Of a stretch of 64,000 bases of DNA, positions 39,435-47,629 are shown one piece after another. The notes under the pieces are model-generated. The model saw only the letters and a program-made list of their open reading frames with translations. It was not told the origin of the DNA and made no database searches. Origin of the DNA: Duncaniella sp. (GTDB lineage: Bacteria; Bacteroidota; Bacteroidia; Bacteroidales; Muribaculaceae); the NCBI GenBank assembly GCA_029061025.1, contig JAIDSW010000251.1, positions 241 through 64,240 of the forward strand. The letters are read 5' to 3'. The first letter of the stretch is position 1. Every line of letters starts with the position of its first letter. The translations under genes were made by a program, and so were the position numbers.

Positions 39435-39473
39435 CAAAGGTAGCGAAAAGGTGTCGCAAATCGTGATACACCT
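39435..39473 (-). promoter_or_regulatory. WYL promoter (-7 TACCTTTG) with a 25-bp palindromic operator
   Basis: AGGTGTnnCAnnnnnTGnnACACCT at 39449-39473, 6 bp upstream of the -7 element. Confidence 0.7.
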
Positions 39474-39500
39474 CTAAAAATTTTTACACGAAGTAAGGGC

Positions 39501-39590
39501 AAAATAAAAAGGAGCGACTTCACGTAGCTCCTTTTTATGAGTTTCCAATAGGTACAATTTCTAAGGTAAAAAAGATTGTTTTAGGTTCGT
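39501..39590 (-). ncRNA. Candidate ~90-nt small RNA
   Basis: Consensus promoter TTTG-N20-TACCTTTG (39626-39595), no ATG in the transcript, ends in the 39504-39538 terminator. Confidence 0.55.
39504..39538. terminator. Bidirectional-type intrinsic terminator
   Basis: ataaaaaggagc-N11-gctcctttttat. Confidence 0.8.
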
Positions 39591-39755
39591 GATGCAAAGG
39601 TAAGTCCGAATGTGGAGCGGCGCAAATTAATTTATATGTTATCCAACATATTTTTTCAACACCTCTCCCATTTTCTCAAATTTTACCGCCATAACATCAC
39701 CTGTTTCAATCTTTTATATTAATTGCGTTTCAAAATCATCCATTGTTAAACAAAG

Positions 39756-40532
39756 TTAAAGAGAGGCATTTTCGGGTGTTTCGTCGAATTTTTTGAGCGA
39801 AAACGTGGTGCCGTCCCACACTCCGTAGGTGAACTTGTCGATCCAGTCGCCAAGTACAATAACTCTCCCGCCGGCGGCCAGCGGATGGTCAAGTACGAGG
39901 TGTTGATGGCCGAAAACGAAGTAGTCCACGCGGGCATCGGGATGCGTGATATTGTATTCTTCGGCCCACTCCACGAGCGGATTCTGCCGCGGGTCGGCGG
40001 GCACTTGCATCTGCCCTCCCTTGCGGCGGCTGTGACTCGACCAGCGATGTGCGAAGCCTATGGTGAACCGTGGCGGCAGGAAGCTGTAAAGCCACTGGGC
40101 GAAGCGGTTGCGAAACAATCCGCGAAGCATACGGAACGACCACGGAAGGCGTCCCACGCCGTCGCCATGTTCGAGCAGGAAGCGGCGACCGTCCCACTCG
40201 GCGGTCATGATGCCGTCGTGGAGAGTGAAACCTATTTCATTGGGAAGATAGTCAAATATCCATATATCGTGATTCCCCTTGAGCCAATGTATCTCCACTC
40301 CGGCGTCGGCCAGCGCAGCCAGCGCACCGAAAAAGCGCGTATATCCGCGAGGCACCACCGTGGAATATTCCCACCAGTAGTCGAGCACATCGCCGAGCAG
40401 CACGAGTCGCCGCGCCCTCGGGCCTATCTCCCTCAGGAAATCGGCTATCTTTCGCTCATGCTCCCGCGGCGACTCTATATAAGAGGCGCCCAAATGCAGG
40501 TCGGAGATGAAATATGTAAGGTCACGGCTCAT
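39756..40532 (-). CDS. lpxH: UDP-2,3-diacylglucosamine diphosphatase
   Basis: FISDLHLG, LLGD, GNHD, EHGD and FGHQH metallophosphoesterase motifs; start at MSRDL. Confidence 0.88.
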   Translation of the reverse strand: MSRDLTYFISDLHLGASYIESPREHERKIADFLREIGPRARRLVLLGDVLDYWWEYSTVVPRGYTRFFGALAALADAGVEIHWLKGNHDIWIFDYLPNEIGFTLHDGIMTAEWDGRRFLLEHGDGVGRLPWSFRMLRGLFRNRFAQWLYSFLPPRFTIGFAHRWSSHSRRKGGQMQVPADPRQNPLVEWAEEYNITHPDARVDYFVFGHQHLVLDHPLAAGGRVIVLGDWIDKFTYGVWDGTTFSLKKFDETPENASL

Positions 40533-40543
40533 GGATAGCGTAA

Positions 40544-40864
40544 TCAGAGAAAACCGAGTTCGAGTTTGGCCTCCTCGCTCATCATATCCTTGTTCCACTC
40601 GGGTTCAAACACGATGCGGATATCCACATTCTTCACCCCCTCGATACTCTCGAGCTTGATGCGTGCATCCTCAACAAGGAAGTCAGCGGCAGGACACGAG
40701 GGAGCGGTAAGCGTCATGTCGATTTTCAGCTCGCCGTCGTCGTGAAGGTCAATATTGTATATCAGTCCGAGATTGTAGATGTCAACCGGAATCTCGGGGT
40801 CGTAAACGGTGCGCAGCATATCCACGATGCGCTCCTCTATGGCAATTTTTTCTTCGGGAGTCAT
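40544..40864 (-). CDS. DUF59/SufT-like Fe-S assembly protein
   Basis: VYDPEIPVDIYNLGLIY, MTLTAPSCP, WNKDMMSEEAK. Confidence 0.9.
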   Translation of the reverse strand: MTPEEKIAIEERIVDMLRTVYDPEIPVDIYNLGLIYNIDLHDDGELKIDMTLTAPSCPAADFLVEDARIKLESIEGVKNVDIRIVFEPEWNKDMMSEEAKLELGFL

Positions 40865-40968
40865 TATCGGAAATTTGATTACAAAAGTAATTGTAATTTT
40901 CCGAAATTACAATTCATAGCCCGCATGATTAAAATTTTATATCCCCGCACCCCTCCCCTTCGGAGTGA

Positions 40969-41014
40969 TTCTATTACCAAAAAGTGTAGAATTCTACAGA
41001 TTTTGGTAATAGAA
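40969..41014. repeat. 46-bp near-perfect AT-rich palindrome with no loop
   Basis: ttctattaccaaaa-ag-tgtagaa|ttctaca-ga-ttttggtaatagaa. Confidence 0.9.
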
Positions 41015-41036
41015 ACTGTGGCAAGGGTATCGTTGA

Positions 41037-43766
41037 TCAGTGGGCTTCGAGCCAGTTGGTGGCTACGCCCATGGATACTTCGAGGGGCACGGCACCGGAG
41101 TAGGCTGTCTCCATGCCGGTGCGCACTATCTCCTGAAGGCGCGGCAATTCGTCGGGGACAACGTTGAATATCAATTCGTCGTGCACCTGCATTATCATCG
41201 TGGAGCGCATGCCTTCGGCAGTCATGCGGCGGGCAATCGCGATCATGGCGGCCTTGATAATGTCGGCAGCCGTGCCCTGGATGGGAGCATTGACGGCATT
41301 GCGCTCGGCATAGCTGCGCACTGTGGCATTGCGTGAGGTGATGTCGGGCAGATAGCGGCGGCGTCCCATGCGCGTGGTGACGTAGCCGTTGGCGCGGGCA
41401 TTTTCAACTGCCTCGCCCAGATACTCCTTTATGCGGGGATAGGTGGCAAAATATCCGTCGATGAGCCGGCGGGCATCGGCGCGGGGTATGCCCAGACGCT
41501 GCGACAGACCGAATGCCGATATGCCGTAGATTATACCGAAATTGGCCGTCTTGGCGTGGCGGCGCTGATCGTCGGTGACCTCGTCGAGCGGTACTTTATA
41601 GATTTTTGATGCCGTGACGCGGTGAATGTCGGCGCCCGAGAGAAATGCCTCTATCATATCGGGGTCGCCGCTGAGGTCGGCAATCAGTCGCAGCTCTATC
41701 TGCGAATAGTCGGCGCTCATGAGCAGACATCCTTCGTCGGGGATAAAAGCCCGTCGAATCTCGCGGCCGTCGTCGGTGCGGATGGGGATATTCTGCAAGG
41801 TGGGATTGGTCGACGAGATGCGTCCCGTGGCGGTGACGGTCTGGTTATACGATGTATGTATCTTGCCGGTAACGGGATTCACCATAGCCGGCAGCGCCTC
41901 AAGATATGTGGTAAGAAGTTTTTTCAGGCGACGGTACTTGAGAATTATGCTAACAATGGGCACCGTGGCCTCATATTGCTCCAATATCTGCTCGGTAGTG
42001 GAATATGACCCCCGGGCAGTGCGCTTGGCTTTGATGCCCGCCTGCTCGTCGATCTTCATTTCCTCGAAAAGCACCGTGCCCACCTGCGAGGGCGAAGCGA
42101 TGTTAAACGAGTGCCCTGCCATCGTGTAAATCTCTTTCTCATAATCGGCCAGGCGGTCACGCAACCCGACAGCAAGCTGATCGAGCACATCGGTATCGAT
42201 GCGCACACCGGCCCACTCCATAGCGGCAAGAACGCCTATAAGCGGAAATTCAATATCATTCATGAGCGCCGTCATCTCGCGACGCTCCACCTCCTCGCTC
42301 ATAGGCTCCATGAGCCTGAGCGACGTGGCGGCGCGCAGTGCGGCAGCCTCATGCGCGGGAATCTCGGCCGGCAACTCCTCGCCGAGATATTTCGCGGCCA
42401 CGGCCTGAATGGTGTGCTTCATCTCGGGGTCGATTACGTAGTGAGCCACCGAGGTATCAAATACCGGAGCTGTCATCACTATGCCGAGGCGGCGCAGCAG
42501 AAGCATATCGCGCTTGATGTCGTGGGACACAAGCGTGACCGATACGGAAGTAAAAAGCGGATTAAGTATCTCGGCGACCTCAGCGCGATCGGTTGCCGTG
42601 ATCGACAGCGGAATCCACGATGCCGTCTCGCCGTCAAAGGCTATAGCAAGGCCGGCGATGGCAGCCGTCATGGCATCCTCGCCCGCAGCTTCCACGGCTA
42701 TACCCACCCGCGGCATCACGCATGCCCGCTCCACGGCCTCGGCTATGGCGCGCCCGGTGTCGGCCGTCTCCACCGCAATGGCGGGAGCGGCTACAGGGGG
42801 TGTGTCGACGGGAGCGTCGAAAAGCGATCCCATGCCTGAAGCGTCGGCGGGGGCAGCCGGGATTTCAGTCTGAGCGGCACCGTCGGCTGAAAGGCGGGCG
42901 TTAAGACGGGCGATAAATGACTTGAATTCAAGTTCGCCGTATATTTTGATAAGCTCGTCGACATTCATGTCGCGCCGCTCAAGCGAGTCGATGGCCAAAT
43001 CCACAGGCACATCGGTTATGATTGTGGCCAGATGCTTCGACAGACGGATTTTCGCCTCATTCTCCTCCACCTTTTTCTTAAGCGCACCCTTGAGCGAAGC
43101 GGTAGAGGCAAGCAGATTTTCCACGCTGCCAAACTCCGCTATGAGCTTGACGGCAGTTTTCTCCCCCACTCCGGGGCAACCGGGAATATTGTCGGACGCA
43201 TCACCCTCGAGAGCGAGCAGGTCAATCATCTGTCGCGGCGACGAGATGCCGTAGCGCTCACACACCTGCTCGGGGCCGCGTATCTCAAACCCCTGACCGC
43301 GCAGCGACGGGCGGTACATATACACGCCGTCACTCACGAGCTGCCCGTAATCCTTGTCGGGGGTCATCATGTACACCTCATAGCCTTCGCCGCGGGCACG
43401 GTGAGCCAGCGTGCCTATCACATCGTCGGCCTCATAGCCCGGCACCTCCACCACGGGAATGCGGTACGCTTCGAGAATACGCTTTATATAGGGAACAGAA
43501 GCTGTAATGTCCTCGGGCTGCTTCTCTCGCTGCGCCTTGTATTCGGGAAATTCCTCGTGGCGGAACGTGGGTCCCGACGGGTCGAAACACACGGCTATAT
43601 GGGTGGGATTTTCCTTTCGCAACACCTCGTCGAGCGTGTTGACAAAGCCGAATATCGCTGATGTGTTGAAACCCTTGGTGGTCACGCGCGGATTGCCGAG
43701 CAGTGCATAGTAAGCCCTGTAGATGAGGGCGTAGGCGTCGAGAAGAAACAGTCGTCGCGGTGTCAT
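41037..43766 (-). CDS. polA: DNA polymerase I
   Basis: 5' nuclease domain (LLDAYALIYRAY, YEADDVIG), TGRISS..PTLQNIP, ADYSQIELR, KTANFGIIYG, QVHDEL. Confidence 0.98.
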   Translation of the reverse strand: MTPRRLFLLDAYALIYRAYYALLGNPRVTTKGFNTSAIFGFVNTLDEVLRKENPTHIAVCFDPSGPTFRHEEFPEYKAQREKQPEDITASVPYIKRILEAYRIPVVEVPGYEADDVIGTLAHRARGEGYEVYMMTPDKDYGQLVSDGVYMYRPSLRGQGFEIRGPEQVCERYGISSPRQMIDLLALEGDASDNIPGCPGVGEKTAVKLIAEFGSVENLLASTASLKGALKKKVEENEAKIRLSKHLATIITDVPVDLAIDSLERRDMNVDELIKIYGELEFKSFIARLNARLSADGAAQTEIPAAPADASGMGSLFDAPVDTPPVAAPAIAVETADTGRAIAEAVERACVMPRVGIAVEAAGEDAMTAAIAGLAIAFDGETASWIPLSITATDRAEVAEILNPLFTSVSVTLVSHDIKRDMLLLRRLGIVMTAPVFDTSVAHYVIDPEMKHTIQAVAAKYLGEELPAEIPAHEAAALRAATSLRLMEPMSEEVERREMTALMNDIEFPLIGVLAAMEWAGVRIDTDVLDQLAVGLRDRLADYEKEIYTMAGHSFNIASPSQVGTVLFEEMKIDEQAGIKAKRTARGSYSTTEQILEQYEATVPIVSIILKYRRLKKLLTTYLEALPAMVNPVTGKIHTSYNQTVTATGRISSTNPTLQNIPIRTDDGREIRRAFIPDEGCLLMSADYSQIELRLIADLSGDPDMIEAFLSGADIHRVTASKIYKVPLDEVTDDQRRHAKTANFGIIYGISAFGLSQRLGIPRADARRLIDGYFATYPRIKEYLGEAVENARANGYVTTRMGRRRYLPDITSRNATVRSYAERNAVNAPIQGTAADIIKAAMIAIARRMTAEGMRSTMIMQVHDELIFNVVPDELPRLQEIVRTGMETAYSGAVPLEVSMGVATNWLEAH

Positions 43767-43787
43767 TGACAGTATTTTATGGAAGAA

Positions 43788-44465
43788 TTAATCATCAAGA
43801 AGATCGGGACGCAGGCGGCGGGTGCGCTCCACGGCCTGCTCGTGACGCCAGGCGTCGATGCGGGCCTTGTGACCCGAAAGGAGCACTTCGGGCACTTCCC
43901 AACCGTTATACACAGCCGGACGGGTGTATACCGGCGGCGCGAGAAGATTGTCCTGAAACGAATCGCTGAGCGCGCTCTGCTCGTCGCCTATCACTCCGGG
44001 AATAAGTCTCACCACCGCATCGGCGATAGCCACGGCGGGTATCTCGCCGCCGGTGAGCACATAGTCGCCTATCGAGATCTCGCGGGTGATGAGATGCTCG
44101 CGTATGCGCCAGTCCACGCCCTTGTAGTGCCCGCAGAGTATTATAATATTGTCGAGCAGCGACATAGCGTTGGCCATGGGCTGATTGAACGTCTCGCCGT
44201 CGGGCGACGTGAATATCACCTCATCATAGTCGCGCTCGGCCTTGAGAGCGGCGATACAACGGTCGACCGGCTCCACCTGCATCACCATTCCGGCCTCGCC
44301 TCCGAAAGGATAATCGTCGACCTTGCGGTGGCGGTTGGTGGTATACTCGCGCAGATTGTGAACCACGAGTTGCGCAAGCCCCTTGTCCTGCGCGCGTTTC
44401 AGTATCGAGCAGTTGAGCGGCGACTCAAGCATCTCGGGGAGCACTGTCAGAATGTCGATTCTCAT
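43788..44465 (-). CDS. trmD: tRNA (guanine-N1)-methyltransferase
   Basis: [32 protein letters not shown]. Confidence 0.97.
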   Translation of the reverse strand: MRIDILTVLPEMLESPLNCSILKRAQDKGLAQLVVHNLREYTTNRHRKVDDYPFGGEAGMVMQVEPVDRCIAALKAERDYDEVIFTSPDGETFNQPMANAMSLLDNIIILCGHYKGVDWRIREHLITREISIGDYVLTGGEIPAVAIADAVVRLIPGVIGDEQSALSDSFQDNLLAPPVYTRPAVYNGWEVPEVLLSGHKARIDAWRHEQAVERTRRLRPDLLDD

Positions 44466-45940
44466 CCTATCGATCCTTCAAGGGTTATCTGTAAAAGTTT
44501 CTGAGCCTCCACGGCAAATTCCATCGGGAGCTTGCTCATCACCTCCTTGGCATATCCGTTGACTATCAGCGCTATGGCCTCCTCGGTAGGAATGCCTCGC
44601 TGATTGCAGTAAAAGAGCTGATCTTCCGAGATCTTCGATGTCGTGGCCTCGTGCTCCACTATAGCGGTATCGTTGAGTATATCGATATAGGGAAACGTGT
44701 GGGCGCCGCATTTGTCGCCCATCAGCAGCGAATCACACTGCGTATAGTTGCGGCAACCCGTGGCGTTGGGTGCCACCTTGACGAGTCCGCGGTAGGCATT
44801 CTGCGAGCGTCCGGCCGATATACCTTTCGACACGATGGTCGACGAAGTATTTGGCGCCAGATGTATCATCTTCGTGCCGGTGTCGGCCTGCTGATAATTG
44901 TTGGTCACGGCCACCGAATAAAATTCGCCACGCGAGCCCTCGCCGGCAAGCACACACGAGGGATATTTCCATGTGATGGCCGATCCCGTCTCCACCTGGG
45001 TCCACGACAGCTTGGAGTGGTCGCCGCGACACAATCCGCGCTTGGTCACGAAGTTGTAGATACCGCCGCGACCTTCCTTGTCGCCGGCCCACCAGTTCTG
45101 CACGGTCGAATACTTCACCTCGGCGCGCTCCTCCACTATGATTTCCACGATGGCAGCGTGGAGCTGATTTTCGTCGCGCATGGGAGCGGTGCATCCTTCG
45201 AGATAGCTCACGTAGGCATCGTCGTCGGCCACGATAAGTGTGCGCTCAAACTGACCCGTACCCGAGGCATTGATGCGGAAATAGGTCGACAGTTCCATGG
45301 GGCAGCGCACCCCTTTGGGGATGTAGACAAAAGAGCCGTCGGAGAACACGGCCGAGTTGAGCGCCGCATAGAAATTGTCTTTATACGACACCACCTTGCC
45401 CAGATATTTTTTTACCAGATCAGGATAATCCTTCACGGCCTCGGAGATGGAGCAGAATATTATGCCGAGTTCGGCCAGCTTCTCGCGGTGGGTGGTCTTT
45501 ACGCTCACCGAGTCCATCACCGCATCTACGGCCATACCCGAGAGCACTTTCTGCTCGTCGAGCGGAATACCGAGACGGTTGAATGTATCGAGCATCTGCG
45601 GGTCGACCTCGTCGAGACTTTTCGGTCCTTCCTTCTTTACAGGCTCGGCGTAATAGCTGATGTCCTGAAAATCGATCTCGGGAATATCGAGATGCGCCCA
45701 TGTAGGGGGCTTGAGCGTAAGCCAGTAGCGGTAGGCCTTCAGGCGGAACTCCAGCAGCCACTCCGGCTCCTGCTTGCGGGCTGATATGTAGCGCACGGTA
45801 TCCTCGTTGAGGCCGCGCTCCAGTATGTGGGTGTCGATGTCGCTCACGAATCCCCACTTATAGTCGCTGCCGGTGACGTCGCGGATTATGTCGCGCGACT
45901 CATCGGCTGCATTATCGGGTATATTTTTGTTTTCAGTCAT
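44462..45940 (-). CDS. sufB: Fe-S cluster assembly protein SufB
   Basis: [44 protein letters not shown]. Confidence 0.97.
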   Translation of the reverse strand: MTENKNIPDNAADESRDIIRDVTGSDYKWGFVSDIDTHILERGLNEDTVRYISARKQEPEWLLEFRLKAYRYWLTLKPPTWAHLDIPEIDFQDISYYAEPVKKEGPKSLDEVDPQMLDTFNRLGIPLDEQKVLSGMAVDAVMDSVSVKTTHREKLAELGIIFCSISEAVKDYPDLVKKYLGKVVSYKDNFYAALNSAVFSDGSFVYIPKGVRCPMELSTYFRINASGTGQFERTLIVADDDAYVSYLEGCTAPMRDENQLHAAIVEIIVEERAEVKYSTVQNWWAGDKEGRGGIYNFVTKRGLCRGDHSKLSWTQVETGSAITWKYPSCVLAGEGSRGEFYSVAVTNNYQQADTGTKMIHLAPNTSSTIVSKGISAGRSQNAYRGLVKVAPNATGCRNYTQCDSLLMGDKCGAHTFPYIDILNDTAIVEHEATTSKISEDQLFYCNQRGIPTEEAIALIVNGYAKEVMSKLPMEFAVEAQKLLQITLEGSIG

Positions 45941-45962
45941 AATCGGTTATAAAAAAAACATG

Positions 45963-46451
45963 TCAACCTGCCACGGCTCCCAAGCCGGCGCCGATGAGCC
46001 ATAGAGCTCCGTCGCGCACAGCGGCCGGAAGTGTGCCGCAGGATGTCGCCACGGCAGAGCCGGGACTGACGAAAGCCCACAGCGCCAGCACCACGCCGGC
46101 AAGAAACCACCACTTGAACACCCCGAACACCGCGCCGGCCAGGCGGTCGAGCGGCCCCATGAGCGCTATATTAATGATGGTCTTGAGCAAGCGGGCTGCG
46201 AGAACCACTGCTATATATACAATCAGAAACAGCACAATGTTGCATCCGGCCACGGTGACAAGACTGTCGGCCGCGTCGGCCGACAGCATCGGACCAAGCC
46301 ATGCGGCAAACTCATCGCCCTTGCAGCGGCACGCGATCACTCCGGCCACAATGCCCGCGAGCGAGCCTATCTGACCTATAAAGCCGCTGAGCCAGCCCGT
46401 CACGGCACCTACGCCTGCTATTACTATCAGTATTATATCGAGCAGTTCCAT
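45963..46451 (-). CDS. cvpA: CvpA family membrane protein
   Basis: LDIILIVI...GWLSGFI, LDRLAGAVFG; upstream of sufB as in Bacteroidales. Confidence 0.85.
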   Translation of the reverse strand: MELLDIILIVIAGVGAVTGWLSGFIGQIGSLAGIVAGVIACRCKGDEFAAWLGPMLSADAADSLVTVAGCNIVLFLIVYIAVVLAARLLKTIINIALMGPLDRLAGAVFGVFKWWFLAGVVLALWAFVSPGSAVATSCGTLPAAVRDGALWLIGAGLGAVAG

Positions 46452-46501
46452 ATCTCAGTGCAAAGATAGTAATAAAATCGCTATCGGCGAAGCGCATATA
46501 A

Positions 46502-47440
46502 TCAAACGAATCTCTCTAAAAATTCGTTTACCTCTTCGATGTCAAATAAATGATCGGTCAGAAAATCATGTAATAATTCACCGTCCTCAAATCCGTGGTT
46601 TTCGGCCACCTCATCGCGCTGCTTCTTGCTCATGGTATCCCATCTTTCAAGCACTTCCCGCGCATCAAGGTAGCTCCACAAGCCTCCGAAATCCTCTAAA
46701 GCATTGAGGTCGCATTTAAACTTGGTGCATACCGGATACTCCGACCGCTTTTCGATTACATCCTTTACCGAGATGGTAAACATCCAGTCGTCGCCGAAGT
46801 CATACACATATTCCAGCTTGTCGCCCTTCTTGCGGAGAAACTGCGTGAGATATGTTTCGTCGGGACTCAACACATCCACATCATCCACGAAAAAGTCATT
46901 GTCTTCCAGCGTTTCCTTGATAAGGAAAGTACCGCCATAGACCTTATCGCCGAATTGCCACAGATGATAATCTTCCAGACCGGTCACCTCCTGAATTACC
47001 TCATGGAGCGACTGGAAGTCATAGTTGGCCGGGACTTCAACCTCGCGCCACATGGGAGGCTTGGTCACATCCTTCATCTGTATCCGCAGCAGCAGGGTGA
47101 GATCATCGGCATTTTCAAGAGGGGCATACCCTGATGAAATGCGTCGCTTGCGCGAGTCTTTTTTCTCCGCCTCATCCATCATTTTATCCACATGGCTGTA
47201 GAAGTTGTAAAACGAGGCATAATCCTCAGGCGTCACATCAAGCGAACAGAGACGGAACATGAGCTCCATTCTCAGTTTCTCGGCATCATCAAAAGAATTG
47301 AACATATCTATAGCCGTAGCCTCGGCTATATCGGCAAACGCATCTTCGCCGGGATTCTTACCGAACAGGTCAAGGATTTTGTCGTCTTTCAGCTCCTTCG
47401 ATTCTTTATTGGGGGTTTTACCGTTCTTTTTCTTTGCCAT
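46502..47440 (-). CDS. Plasmid pRiA4b ORF-3 family protein
   Basis: PPMWREVEVP...LHEVIQ...HLWQF, YVYDFGDDW, EDFGG; more AT-rich. Confidence 0.85.
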   Translation of the reverse strand: MAKKKNGKTPNKESKELKDDKILDLFGKNPGEDAFADIAEATAIDMFNSFDDAEKLRMELMFRLCSLDVTPEDYASFYNFYSHVDKMMDEAEKKDSRKRRISSGYAPLENADDLTLLLRIQMKDVTKPPMWREVEVPANYDFQSLHEVIQEVTGLEDYHLWQFGDKVYGGTFLIKETLEDNDFFVDDVDVLSPDETYLTQFLRKKGDKLEYVYDFGDDWMFTISVKDVIEKRSEYPVCTKFKCDLNALEDFGGLWSYLDAREVLERWDTMSKKQRDEVAENHGFEDGELLHDFLTDHLFDIEEVNEFLERFV

Positions 47441-47545
47441 GACTAAGTTGATTGCTTGAGTTATTAATTACGCGAAGATACAAATAATATGCGGTGTATC
47501 AAAAAATTTGCGCGGTAAACCGCGTCGCGCTCCTCCAAATATGAA

Positions 47546-47574
47546 AGAGGCCGCTCAACCACTGAGCAGCCTCT
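47546..47574 (-). terminator. Probable terminator of the C10 protease gene
   Basis: agaggccgctca-accac-tgagcagcctct. Confidence 0.6.
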
Positions 47575-47629
47575 CCCATCTTGTCAGCTCCATGCTGACT
47601 TCTTATTCAATTCACATTATACAATCCTA

